Below, piece by piece: positions 1 to 9,444 of a stretch of DNA of 64,000 bases. Location: IMG/VR virus record IMGVR_UViG_3300032799_000664, positions 66,446-130,445 of that record; one strand, written 5' to 3'. This DNA comes from a virus. Numbering within the stretch: the stretch's first letter is position 1; each line of letters opens with the position of its first letter. The position numbers and the translations under genes were made by a program. Below the pieces are notes generated by a model. That model was not told the DNA's origin. It ran no database searches and was given only the letters and a program-made list of their open reading frames with translations.

Positions 1-125
1 ACGCCCTCGCCGCGCAGGCTGAAGCCCACGCGCAAGCCGTCGATACTGGTGTCCACTCGGTCGCTACGGCGGCTGACACTACCCCGCCACCGTTCGGTGG
101 TTTCTCGGAGCACACGTACCCATGA
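1..125 (+). CDS. 3' end of hypothetical protein (truncated by window edge)
   Basis: Open frame from position 3 to TGA 123-125, overlapping the ATG of the next gene (ATGA coupling). Confidence 0.6.
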   Translation, partial: ALAAQAEAHAQAVDTGVHSVATAADTTPPPFGGFSEHTYP

Positions 126-499
126 ACGTCAGCATTACGCTGTCGCAGGTGCAGTCGATCATCGACGACCAGGGCACACCGAAGTACCGGGTCGCCAACC
201 AGATCAGCGCCACCGAGAATCTCACGCTGGCGCTCTTCGTCAACGACGTGGATCCCGACGCGTACAGCCACATCGCTTCGCCTTACGACTTAGAGAGCTA
301 CCCCGAAGACCGCAACGCAGCCATCGACGCGGGACTCGACTTCTACCGTCGATCAGACGCCACTCGCGACTTCACCGCCCTCGACGAGGCACTCTATTTC
401 GCCGCGGTGGTGCGGCAACAGCTGGCGTATCTGGCACCGGCGACCGCCGAGACTGCCGACGCTTTCCCGTCGACGACCACCTACGTCTTTACGTCGTAA
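122..499 (+). CDS. hypothetical protein, probably virion-associated
   Basis: 125-aa ORF with coupled start and GC3-rich codons; same strand as structural genes. Confidence 0.75.
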   Translation: MNVSITLSQVQSIIDDQGTPKYRVANQISATENLTLALFVNDVDPDAYSHIASPYDLESYPEDRNAAIDAGLDFYRRSDATRDFTALDEALYFAAVVRQQLAYLAPATAETADAFPSTTTYVFTS

Positions 500-511
500 A
501 GGGAGCACAGC

Positions 512-1522
512 ATGTCTTTCACCGTCTCCCAACAGACCCGCCAAGCACGCACCAGCAGCGGTACGCTGCAGTACGAGATTCTGGCGGAAGTCACGGACGC
601 CGGCGACTTGCCCGACAAGAATCTGTTCGTGATGATGATCGTAGATCGCGAAGATCCCAAGACCGATACCTTCGCACGAATCGCTACGGTAGCTGATCTG
701 GGACCGGTTCCCCCCACCAGTGATGGATTGTCCATTGACCGTCCCACTGCGCTGCTGCTCACCCCTGAACCCGACACGGCGTATTACCGCATCAACCTCG
801 CCACGTTCATCTATACCGATCTGGCCACCGCAGTCGCGGCTCAAGACGTGCTCAAGACGCGTCTCGATGAGCTGGTGACCGACTGGCAGACGTACCTCGG
901 CCAGTTCCTCGCCGACGGTTCGATCAAGCCGATCGACGTGACCGACCATCCCCGCTACACCCAAGATGCCTACACGGCGCTCGTGCAGTCGTACGTCACC
1001 GCTGTGAAGACGGAAGCCACGGCGAAGCTGACGGTCGACACTGCTAAGGAAGCCTACGACGCAGCTGTAGCTGCGGCTGCGTTGGCGCAGACCGCCGTCA
1101 CGCAAGCCCAGGGGATCTACAACGACTGTCTCGTAGCCAAGAATGTTGTCGATGCGTTCGCCGCGGGGATGTACAGCTTCATCAACGGTGCCGCGCAGAC
1201 TTACCGGAACACGACACCCCTCAAGGGTGGATCACCGGATGCCGAGACCACCTATGACACCGGCAAGAACACGGCACTGGCGCTGACGGACCCGCGTCCT
1301 GGTTGCGCCACGTTCTGCGGTGATCGGCAGACGGACCTCACCAACGCTCAGATCGCCACGGCTACCGCCAACACCAACGTCGCTTCGGCGCGTACAACCT
1401 ACGAAGACGCCAAGGCGGCCCACGCGGCGGCGCAGGCGGCTACCGAAGCCAACCTGGCCGCCGTGCGCAGCCTCAAGCCCTCGTTCGACCCACTCACCGA
1501 CATCCCCGCCGGCGTCTCCTAG
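512..1522 (+). CDS. hypothetical protein with Ala/Thr-rich coiled-coil C-terminal half, probably virion-associated
   Basis: 336 aa; AAGGGAG RBS; stop shares CTAG with the convergent gene. Confidence 0.8.
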   Translation: MSFTVSQQTRQARTSSGTLQYEILAEVTDAGDLPDKNLFVMMIVDREDPKTDTFARIATVADLGPVPPTSDGLSIDRPTALLLTPEPDTAYYRINLATFIYTDLATAVAAQDVLKTRLDELVTDWQTYLGQFLADGSIKPIDVTDHPRYTQDAYTALVQSYVTAVKTEATAKLTVDTAKEAYDAAVAAAALAQTAVTQAQGIYNDCLVAKNVVDAFAAGMYSFINGAAQTYRNTTPLKGGSPDAETTYDTGKNTALALTDPRPGCATFCGDRQTDLTNAQIATATANTNVASARTTYEDAKAAHAAAQAATEANLAAVRSLKPSFDPLTDIPAGVS

Positions 1523-3075
1523 CGCACACACCCCTGAAACGGTAACCCCTGCGGTGCGTCCTCTGCAGCACCGATATCGAAGTACGGCAGCCGCTCGTGG
1601 TGATCAAGGATCTTCTGGAAGGTACTGAAGTCGTGGTCCCGTTCGAACTTCGCCAACCAGAGGCGTACCGTCACGTGTCCCAGGTGTAGCTGCACCGTTC
1701 CGACTCGAGGCTGTGCCCAGCTGAAACCACCGCGGTTCTTCGATTCGAAGTAGAACGAGTAGCTCTTGCCGTGGGAAGTCACTGAGAGGTGCAACCACAA
1801 CGCCAATCGGCGGCGATCTTCCACTGTCGCCATCGGCGGTATGGCTTCGAGCTTCTGGCGAATGACGTCTGGGAGGAACTTCTTCAGCTGGTTGAGCGAC
1901 AAGAATTGCAGAGCAGGCAGCTCTCGGCGTGCGTCACGCGCGGTGCGCGAGACGAAGACGACCGGGTGTTCTTCGCGTGGTCCAGTACCCCCGCTGTAGG
2001 CGCCACCAACGCGCTGCACTACGAACTCAGCTACTCGCCCGGTGCGATCATCCTTGTGCGCGAAGGGGATGCCACAGATGTGCGCCACAGCCCAGATCTG
2101 GTTCAGCGTCAGTGACGTTTGGCTCTCATGCAAATGGCGTCGCGCACACTCGAGGGTGTAATTGACCAGTCCGGTCTCCGTCCAGGTACCGTGATTGCAC
2201 TGTTGCGCACGGTACTTGTCGCACGGTCCCCACTTGCTCCCGAAGTAGCACGGTTTGCACTGTGACCGAATGAAGTTGCGGGTCTTGGCCGACGCACGAC
2301 TGCGTTCGCTGAGTTTCGCCCGAGCATCTTCAAGATCGTTGAAGTAGTGACTGCTCGGATCACTGAAAGCGTACCGCCGTCGACCATTTCCCGGGTAGAG
2401 GGGGTTTTCGTTCGTCAGGCCTTCGGGAATATAGAGGAAGCCACCGACGGTTGATTTCCAAGATTTCAGACCGTCGACGTCGGGATCGGTATGCGTCGCG
2501 AGTTGCTGGCGATACGTCGATTGCGAATCTCGCAACGCACCGGTCCAGACCGTGTTGTCACTACGCAAGACCGGTAGCAGTTCATTCGGCAAAGACGCAC
2601 GTCGGATCACCTGCACTTGCTCCGGCAGGTTCGTCCACAGACATTCGGCGCCTTGTGACGGACACCCCTTACAGCCCAGTGCTTTGTTGAGCATCCAACA
2701 GGTATCCTGCAAGGTACCGATCGGGGCACTCACGACAGCGTCGCCAATGCGGAAGTACACAAAGTCACCCTTCCCTGCGGGCGACTCTGCCCGGACGTGG
2801 TGAGCCGCATCCGTTGTGAAGAGCACGGCGTACTGTGTCGGTGCCTTTACCGGCCCTGACGCGTCGGCATAGCGTGGTTGGCTGTGTCGCAGACGCACTG
2901 CCAAGAATGCTGGCCCTATCCGCTGTTGCAGCTCGTCGGACAGCATCAGGGTCACGATGTCTTCCCCAGTGAGACCCTTGACGCGATCCACGAAGAGCAG
3001 CCCGTGCTGACACACCGTGAAGACGCGGGGGTAGTGAATCAGTTCCGCCCTCTCCTCAGAAGGCAGCGCCATCAT
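1519..3075 (-). CDS. Cys-rich hypothetical protein directly downstream of the RT (candidate RT partner/effector)
   Basis: About 518 aa from MMALPSEE with GAGAGG RBS; start overlaps the RT 3' end; Cys clusters CKGCPSQGAEC and CKPC...C...C. Confidence 0.8.
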   Translation of the reverse strand: MMALPSEERAELIHYPRVFTVCQHGLLFVDRVKGLTGEDIVTLMLSDELQQRIGPAFLAVRLRHSQPRYADASGPVKAPTQYAVLFTTDAAHHVRAESPAGKGDFVYFRIGDAVVSAPIGTLQDTCWMLNKALGCKGCPSQGAECLWTNLPEQVQVIRRASLPNELLPVLRSDNTVWTGALRDSQSTYRQQLATHTDPDVDGLKSWKSTVGGFLYIPEGLTNENPLYPGNGRRRYAFSDPSSHYFNDLEDARAKLSERSRASAKTRNFIRSQCKPCYFGSKWGPCDKYRAQQCNHGTWTETGLVNYTLECARRHLHESQTSLTLNQIWAVAHICGIPFAHKDDRTGRVAEFVVQRVGGAYSGGTGPREEHPVVFVSRTARDARRELPALQFLSLNQLKKFLPDVIRQKLEAIPPMATVEDRRRLALWLHLSVTSHGKSYSFYFESKNRGGFSWAQPRVGTVQLHLGHVTVRLWLAKFERDHDFSTFQKILDHHERLPYFDIGAAEDAPQGLPFQGCVR

Positions 3076-4189
3076 CGATGTCCTCTCGAGCACCCTCCTC
3101 GATGCTCGCAGTCGCGGCTGCTGCTACCGCTGCCGCGTGCTGCGCCATCGCCTGCTCCAGCTCGGTCTTGAGATGCACCGCCCGCGCCGGGTTCACCTGC
3201 ATGAAGTAGGCGACCTTGCCGCGCAGGTGGTCGGCGAAAGCCTCGACGGGATCGAAGCCGTAGCGCACGGCGTTCTCTTCGAAGCCACGCAGCAGGCAGT
3301 TGTGGATGATGGCGCGGTAGCGCCGGTAGACGTCCGCCGGGATGTTGGGGTGTTCGTTCACGACCATGCCGAGCATCTGCTGACGACGCCAGCACCGCTG
3401 GATCTTCAGCTTCTTCGGGTTGGTGCGGTAGCCGGCCTGGAGGATCAACCGCCGCAGGGTTTCGATGACGTCATCGACTTCTTTCCGCGTCTTCGGCTCG
3501 GGGTGAGAGATCGACAGATCGTCGCTATACCGGGTGTAGACCCACCCCGTGCCGTCCAGGGCCGCCAATACGGGTCGGTCAAGACGCTCCTGAGCTACCA
3601 AATTGCAGAGCATCGGCGACGCCGGCGATCCCTGCGGCACGAAGTGGCGGTACTTCACCTCTTCGGCCTCGTGCCGAGGCGGCTTTCCCCGGAACGGTGC
3701 GCGGCGCTCCTGGACCGTGCACAGGTCGGCCAGCAGCCCGCTGACGAAGTGCGAGTAGCCGATAGTCTGCTTGAAGAAGTGGCGGATCTGCGCCCGGGTG
3801 TGGCTGGGAAAGAAGTCCTTCAGGTCCATGGCGATGCGGACCTGGTGCCCGGCATGCCGCGCCGCGCTGTCGCGGCATGAGCGGCCTTCGACGTAGGCCC
3901 CGACGCAGTCGAGCACGGGCAGGGTGCGCAAGATGCGCAGGTCGACGCGCCGCTGTAGGTGCTTCAGGCGGTCCTTCGGGTTGTAGATGACGCGGACGCG
4001 CCCGTCGGACTTGGGGATGGTGAACCGCTTGTAGAGGTGCGCCTTCTGATCGACGCAGTACCACAGCGTCTTGCAGCGCACCCCGAGGTAGAGGGCGAGG
4101 GCGTAGTCATCGATGACGTAGGGAACTTCAGGGCGTAGAGCTGGAGGTAGCTCCAGCGTCGTGAGGGTGGTCCTCTTGTAGCTCGACAT
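3056..4189 (-). CDS. retron-type reverse transcriptase (377 aa)
   Basis: Start taken at MSSYKRT (ATG 4189). Motifs: YKRFTIPKSDGRVRVIYNP..LKHLQ, SAARH (retron NAxxH position), MDLKDFFPS, VPQGSPASPMLCN, YTRYSDDL, NPKK, MLG (retron VTG position), thumb RRYRAIIHN. Confidence 0.92.
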   Translation of the reverse strand: MSSYKRTTLTTLELPPALRPEVPYVIDDYALALYLGVRCKTLWYCVDQKAHLYKRFTIPKSDGRVRVIYNPKDRLKHLQRRVDLRILRTLPVLDCVGAYVEGRSCRDSAARHAGHQVRIAMDLKDFFPSHTRAQIRHFFKQTIGYSHFVSGLLADLCTVQERRAPFRGKPPRHEAEEVKYRHFVPQGSPASPMLCNLVAQERLDRPVLAALDGTGWVYTRYSDDLSISHPEPKTRKEVDDVIETLRRLILQAGYRTNPKKLKIQRCWRRQQMLGMVVNEHPNIPADVYRRYRAIIHNCLLRGFEENAVRYGFDPVEAFADHLRGKVAYFMQVNPARAVHLKTELEQAMAQHAAAVAAAATASIEEGAREDIDDGAAF

Positions 4190-4805
4190 CCTTGGTCTCC
4201 GTGGGCGGTGCCGGTTGCCATAGCGCCAGCTCGTCGTAGCAGTGCTTGCCACCGAGGTGACAGAGATTCTGCAGGTGGAACATGTGCCGCGGGCACAGCA
4301 GACAGACCGGACGCACGGGTCCGCGGGGGGTATAGAGCACGGTCTGGTCGTCGAGGAAACCCTCGAACTGCAGCTTCGGTGCGCTGATCTCTTCTTGCGC
4401 GTTACCGACGTTCTGCGTCCGCAGGTCGGCGTGTTGCGGCGCCATGAGATAAGGCGCCAACCGTTGCCGTTCCTGGCCTTCCAGGCGCGGTTTGTGGAGC
4501 CCGCGTCGGGTGAGCGGCAGCACCGGGATGAGCATGAAGACCGCTGCCGTGCGCGGCACCAGGGCTTCGATGATCCGTCCTTGCACCGTTGGCTGCCGCG
4601 GATTCGCGTGGGGACGCAGCTCATGACACTGCACCGGCAGGTTCTTCACCTTCTCCCACAGGTCGTCGGTGACGATGACGCACAGCGACCAGGGAAAGAC
4701 CTTCGGCATGATGGCGCGCTGGGCATCACTGAAGAAGTACACGATGTCGAAGGGGAACTTCTTGACCAGAGACTTGAGCACACGCAGCTTGAAGATCGTC
4801 TCCAT
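4128..4805 (-). CDS. hypothetical protein with C-terminal Cys cluster, upstream of the RT
   Basis: METIFK start overlaps the VWA gene stop (TGATG); CLLC...C...C motif; 3' end overlaps the RT start by 62 nt. Confidence 0.75.
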   Translation of the reverse strand: METIFKLRVLKSLVKKFPFDIVYFFSDAQRAIMPKVFPWSLCVIVTDDLWEKVKNLPVQCHELRPHANPRQPTVQGRIIEALVPRTAAVFMLIPVLPLTRRGLHKPRLEGQERQRLAPYLMAPQHADLRTQNVGNAQEEISAPKLQFEGFLDDQTVLYTPRGPVRPVCLLCPRHMFHLQNLCHLGGKHCYDELALWQPAPPTETKDVELQEDHPHDAGATSSSTP

Positions 4806-6133
4806 CAGACGTCCTCCATGACGAGGTGAATGCCGTAGTCCGGACACGGCACGGCGTGGTTCGGGGTGTACAACCAGATCACCGGGATCGGGATCCGATT
4901 CTCCGGCTCCGGCGCCGGGGCGTAGCCATCAGTGCAGTAGACCAGAACGTCGCAGCCCTTGTCGCCCTGCAAGTGACGCTGCACGTGCTCAAAGACGGGA
5001 TTGAAGTCGGTACCACCCTGGCCCTTGATGGTGAGATCGACGTCCGCCTCGGACTTCACGTCGTAGACGGTCTGCAGATCAGCGTCGCAATAGATGACGT
5101 TGAGCGCCACGTCGCTCTCCATCCGCACGATGTTGATGAGCTCGGCGATGCCCCGCTCCAGCTCGGCGGTGCCCATCGAACCCGAGGTGTCCAGCGCGAA
5201 GTAGATCGAGAAACGGCGGTCACGGGCGCGGCCGGGGAAGGGCAGCACGTGTGGGATGCCGAACATGCGGCGGTTGGGACGCGCCATGCCGCGTGCCAGC
5301 TTGGTCTGCCGGGTGCGCATGACCAGCGTACGTAGCAGCGACGGCCAGGGGATGGTGGGCCGGGCCAAGTACTTCTTCAGCAGCTCGTCGATGCCCGCCG
5401 GAATCGTGCCCCGGTTCTTGGCGTCGCGGTTGTGCTCCTCGAGCGCCTTCTCGACCACGTTCTTCGCTTCTTGCTGCATCCGGTCGGCGAGGCCCTGCAG
5501 CTCTTCCGAAGTGGCACCTTCGAGTTCGCTGGTCCAGCGGTCGTGAGACCCCCCGGCCGCGTCCTTGAACGCCTGCTCAAGACCTTCGACACCCATGCCT
5601 CCGGTGACGTGCACGACCCGCACCCGCTTGAGCAGGGCGATTTGGTAGACCTCGTAGGGTTGGTTGCGCGGCAGATTGAACTGGTCCGGGATGAGGAGCG
5701 GGCTGTCCTCGGGTTCTTTCGAGCCGGGCGTACCATAGAAGGGCTTCGCCATCGACGACTTGTCGAAGTCCTTCTCGCTGCGGATGAGTTCGTTGTCGGC
5801 ACAGTCCGCGCCGATGTTCATCACCGCACGGAAACGCCGCTTCTCCATTTCGCTGGTGACCGTGCTCAGCAGGTTGAGGTAACGGCTCAGGTGGTCACAG
5901 ATGATGTGGATGAGTTCGTGCTGGCAGATGAGACGCAGCTTGGCCAGCGAGATCTTCTTGATGTAGTCGGGGTCGTAGTAGAGGCAGGGCCGCCCTTCAC
6001 GACTGACGCCGACGCCCAGCGTACCCAACCCCGGCACGGCGATGCGATGCAACGCACTCACGACGCGCGCACAGTAGTCGCGCACCTGGCTCGACAGGAG
6101 GTAGGTGAAAGCCTGTTCCAGTGTCGTATTCAT
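4805..6133 (-). CDS. metallopeptidase-domain / VWA-domain protein (DUF2201-like)
   Basis: HELIH (HExxH) in the N-domain; MIDAS DTSGS, GGTDF and TDG in the C-domain; typical partner of MoxR AAA+. Confidence 0.88.
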   Translation of the reverse strand: MNTTLEQAFTYLLSSQVRDYCARVVSALHRIAVPGLGTLGVGVSREGRPCLYYDPDYIKKISLAKLRLICQHELIHIICDHLSRYLNLLSTVTSEMEKRRFRAVMNIGADCADNELIRSEKDFDKSSMAKPFYGTPGSKEPEDSPLLIPDQFNLPRNQPYEVYQIALLKRVRVVHVTGGMGVEGLEQAFKDAAGGSHDRWTSELEGATSEELQGLADRMQQEAKNVVEKALEEHNRDAKNRGTIPAGIDELLKKYLARPTIPWPSLLRTLVMRTRQTKLARGMARPNRRMFGIPHVLPFPGRARDRRFSIYFALDTSGSMGTAELERGIAELINIVRMESDVALNVIYCDADLQTVYDVKSEADVDLTIKGQGGTDFNPVFEHVQRHLQGDKGCDVLVYCTDGYAPAPEPENRIPIPVIWLYTPNHAVPCPDYGIHLVMEDV

Positions 6134-6192
6134 CGGTTGCCTTGGTTCCCTCTTGCACCCATCGTGAATTTACCGGAGAATAGCCGCAGGAG

Positions 6193-7215
6193 ATGGCCAT
6201 GGACATCCGCGACCAGTACCACGACCCGGCCTACGGTACGCTGTACCATCTACTGCAGGCCCGGCCCACGGCCGCCGCCTTCGTCAAGAGCGCGGAGCTG
6301 GATCCAGCCCGCGCCGCTGACCTGCCCGACACGGCCTTCGCCTGGCCGGCGCGCCGGCTGTTCCCCATCGACTCAGCGGAGAACACCGTCCTCTCGTCGC
6401 TGTACCGGGAGAAGACGGCGGCGGTGCCGGCAGAGGTCGACGCGGAGCTCGCGCGCGCCCAGGACATCTACAACGTGCGTGAGATCGTGGCCCAGGCCCG
6501 CCAGGAAGCCCAGGCTGCCGAGCAGGTGAAGACCGCGGCGGCCGAGACCGCGGCGGTCTACCTGCTGCCACAGCACCACCGGCTGCGCGTCAAGACCGCC
6601 GCGGACGTCAAGGTCGCCGAGAAGCTGCTGATCCAGCAGTACGACCGGCTATCCATGGAGGACCGCGCCGAAGGCTTCACCAACCTGGTGAAGGTTGCGC
6701 GGGACCTGAACGTCGGGCTCGAACCGATGACGCATCGCATGGCCGGCATGACGGTCTGCACCACCAAGGTCGCGGCTGACCTCATCGAAGCGCGGCGCAT
6801 GGCCACCAAGGAACCACTGTTCCAGCAGGCCTACGTCAAGCTGGCGAGCGCCTTCCGCGGCAAGGGCGAGTTCATCCAGGACCGTGACCAGCTGGTCGCG
6901 GCCGCCGACGCCCTCGCCCGTCTCGACAAGGAAGCCGGCCTCGATCGCCTCTACGACCGGAAGCTCCCCGATGCGGTGCAGACGATCTTCAACACCACGA
7001 AGCTCGCCGAGCCGATGATCAATCTGGCGGGCCGTGAGGTCACGCTCAGCAAGCTGGCGGCCCTGCCATCGACGTTCTGGGAAGACGTGGTCGGCAAGGA
7101 TCTGCTGCGGGACATCACCGACAGCAGTGGCAACATCGACCACACCAAGCTCGGCCAGGTGCTCCACACCCTGCCGCTGGACCTGAAGCTGATCCTCAAG
7201 CACCAGGTGCCGTGA
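6193..7215 (+). CDS. hypothetical virion-region protein with repeated KTAA motifs
   Basis: 340 aa; AGGAG RBS; EKTAA, VKTAA twice, VKSA, VKLAS. Confidence 0.8.
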   Translation: MAMDIRDQYHDPAYGTLYHLLQARPTAAAFVKSAELDPARAADLPDTAFAWPARRLFPIDSAENTVLSSLYREKTAAVPAEVDAELARAQDIYNVREIVAQARQEAQAAEQVKTAAAETAAVYLLPQHHRLRVKTAADVKVAEKLLIQQYDRLSMEDRAEGFTNLVKVARDLNVGLEPMTHRMAGMTVCTTKVAADLIEARRMATKEPLFQQAYVKLASAFRGKGEFIQDRDQLVAAADALARLDKEAGLDRLYDRKLPDAVQTIFNTTKLAEPMINLAGREVTLSKLAALPSTFWEDVVGKDLLRDITDSSGNIDHTKLGQVLHTLPLDLKLILKHQVP

Positions 7216-7216
7216 C

Positions 7217-7990
7217 GTGGCACTGAGCCTCGCGCAGGTTGAAGCTCAACTGCTGGCGGTGGCCCAGACGCCGCGCCGCGCCGCGAAAACTGCGGCAGCG
7301 AAACCCACCGCGGCCGCCGCCAGCGTACAACGCCGTGATGCCGCTCAGCTACTGACCGATGCCGGCGCATCAGCCAGCGGTTGTCTCCAAGCATTCGAGC
7401 TACTCTGTGGTGAAGGCTTCCGCGTCTGGGAACCCGAGACGCTCTGGTTGACGTTGGACCGTCTCGGCGTCGATCTCCCGGTGGTCAACCGGGACAAGAT
7501 CCTGGCGGGGATCACCCTCGGAATCGTGCCGGCCTTCTGGTGGGAAGTCCACGCCTTCGAGAACACCGTCCTAGCTTTCAACGGACTCGTCAGTCTGCCC
7601 GAAGCACTGCAAGAAGCTACGCCGGCGCAGATGGCTTGGGGCGTCTTCGAAGCCGAGATGATCTACCGCGACCTCGGCGACGAAGAACCCGAGTTCGATC
7701 GCGAGCCAGTCATCTACGCGGCCACGGTGCTGCACCGCGCCGGCTACGTGCGGGCGCCGGACCTGCTCCACTTCGCCCAGCGTGAGCTCGACCGGTTCAA
7801 CAAGAATGGCAGTGGGCTCACGGTCACCGAAGTGGACACTGCCTGGAAAGCGCTGAAGAAGCACCCCCTCGAAGAATGCAGCTTAGGTGAGACGGCCCTC
7901 GACGTGCAGCTCGGCCGTTTGGCCAGCGTCGAGCTGCACGTCGAGGAGATGTTGAAGCGCTACCGCGACGACCTGGCGAAGCTCCGCTAG
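7217..7990 (+). CDS. hypothetical protein
   Basis: 257 aa, GTG start 1 nt after the previous stop; AKTAA motif. Confidence 0.78.
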   Translation: MALSLAQVEAQLLAVAQTPRRAAKTAAAKPTAAAASVQRRDAAQLLTDAGASASGCLQAFELLCGEGFRVWEPETLWLTLDRLGVDLPVVNRDKILAGITLGIVPAFWWEVHAFENTVLAFNGLVSLPEALQEATPAQMAWGVFEAEMIYRDLGDEEPEFDREPVIYAATVLHRAGYVRAPDLLHFAQRELDRFNKNGSGLTVTEVDTAWKALKKHPLEECSLGETALDVQLGRLASVELHVEEMLKRYRDDLAKLR

Positions 7991-9444
7991 GCCAACGGGT
8001 CCGGCCCGCCGCCTTCCTTCTGGGCCTGCTGGAGCGCGTCAGTGATACCGCGGATGTGGCGCTGGTAGCTCTGCTGCTTCGCCAGCTCCTTGCTGAGTTC
8101 CGACAGGTAGGACGAGACGTCGCTGATGCCCTCCTGCGCCGCACGCAGCTTGCTGGCGATGAACGAGACCGCGAGGTCCGACGGCAGGTCACCGAGGAAC
8201 AGCGCCAGCTTCGGGGCCACGTCCTTCGGCCCAGGCTTGGTGCCGAGCAGCATCGTGGCCACGTTGGAGCACAGCTCGCCGAGAACGTCGTGCCGCGCGT
8301 CCTCGACCAGCTTCAGCACCTTCTTGCGCACGGTGCTCTTCTCGCTGTACTTGCCGAGCACGTCGGCAGTGGCGATGACCACAGCGCGGTTCTTCATGTA
8401 CTCGCAGAACTGCGAACCCGTGACCTCGCCGACGTGCCCGCAGATGCAGGCTTGCAGCGCGTCGCTGATGCCACTGCCACTGCCACTGCTACCACTGCCG
8501 CTGTTTTCGAGGATGCCGGACTCCTCCGCAGCGCTCAGCAGCTTGCTGACCTTCTCCCAGGTGGCGGGCGACGGGTAGACCTTCCCCGCCAGGCGCAGCT
8601 TCGGATCGTAGAGCGCGACGTTGTTGTCCTGGATGTAGTCGACAACGTGCGAGTGGAACTTGCCCCGGGCGTAGGACAGCCACCCCGCGACGTTGCAGGT
8701 GACCGCGACGAAGCACAGCCGGCGCTTGATGGCGGGGTCCTTCTCGGCCTCGTTGACCGAGTAGGCGCCGTCGGAGGGGTTCATCGCCGCGATGATCTGC
8801 GTACCCGCCTTGATGACCTCCACACCGTGAACCTGCCCGTCCTCCATCAGCGTGAAGAACGTCTTCACCGTGCCCTTCTCGCCGCGGTTGTACTCGTCGA
8901 AGAAGAGTCCGCACTCCGGCGGCAGGTCGAACAACTCGCGGTTGATGAGGAACTCCATGGTGCCGTTGCGCCGCGTACGCTCGTCGAGGTGTGCGATCGT
9001 CCGCGCCGTCTCGAGCACCTGTGACTCGAGACTCCGAGCGATTTCCTTGAACTCGTCATGATCGCCCTGCGTACGCACGAACAACGCGAGCTGCTGCATC
9101 TGGGTCGCGCGCTGCAGCAGGTCGCTCTGCTTGGCTTGCGACGGATACGGCACGGCGATGTCCTCCGGCTGGAGATGCTGGAGGTAGAACGCCAGCAACG
9201 GCACCGAAGTCGTCCACTCCTTGTTCTTCCAGGTGAACGGCTTGCGCGGCCGGCGCCGTGCGAACACCTGCCGGACGATGTGGCTCTTGCCGATGCCACT
9301 CTCGCCCACCAGGCAGATGACGTTGCCAGTGTCGCGGTTGGCGTCGATGGCGGCCATGGCCGCCTGCAGACCAAAGAGAGGGATGCCGAGCTTGCGGTAG
9401 AACGTCTCCTCGGCGTTTTCGTCGGACTTCTTGGCCATCGTCAC
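7987..9444 (-). CDS. MoxR/AAA5-like AAA+ ATPase
   Basis: Walker A GESGIGKS, Walker B LFFDEYNR, sensor AAMNP, DPAIKRR, PSPATWE. Confidence 0.88.
   Translation of the reverse strand: MTMAKKSDENAEETFYRKLGIPLFGLQAAMAAIDANRDTGNVICLVGESGIGKSHIVRQVFARRRPRKPFTWKNKEWTTSVPLLAFYLQHLQPEDIAVPYPSQAKQSDLLQRATQMQQLALFVRTQGDHDEFKEIARSLESQVLETARTIAHLDERTRRNGTMEFLINRELFDLPPECGLFFDEYNRGEKGTVKTFFTLMEDGQVHGVEVIKAGTQIIAAMNPSDGAYSVNEAEKDPAIKRRLCFVAVTCNVAGWLSYARGKFHSHVVDYIQDNNVALYDPKLRLAGKVYPSPATWEKVSKLLSAAEESGILENSGSGSSGSGSGISDALQACICGHVGEVTGSQFCEYMKNRAVVIATADVLGKYSEKSTVRKKVLKLVEDARHDVLGELCSNVATMLLGTKPGPKDVAPKLALFLGDLPSDLAVSFIASKLRAAQEGISDVSSYLSELSKELAKQQSYQRHIRGITDALQQAQKEGGGPDPLA

Noticed and set aside
3056-4189. 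RT as a DGR or group II intron RT
   Set aside because: Motif layout is retron-like; I saw no TR/VR pair with adenine-specific mismatches, no maturase or endonuclease domain and no intron domain V.
4190-4624. 145-aa N-terminal extension of the RT given by the ORF track
   Set aside because: It overlaps the more credible gene 4128-4805 and has shadow-frame composition; the RT start is placed at ATG 4189.
8470-8500. (GCCACT)n microsatellite as a phase-variation tract
   Set aside because: It encodes an in-frame Gly/Ser linker in MoxR; a 6-nt unit cannot shift the frame.
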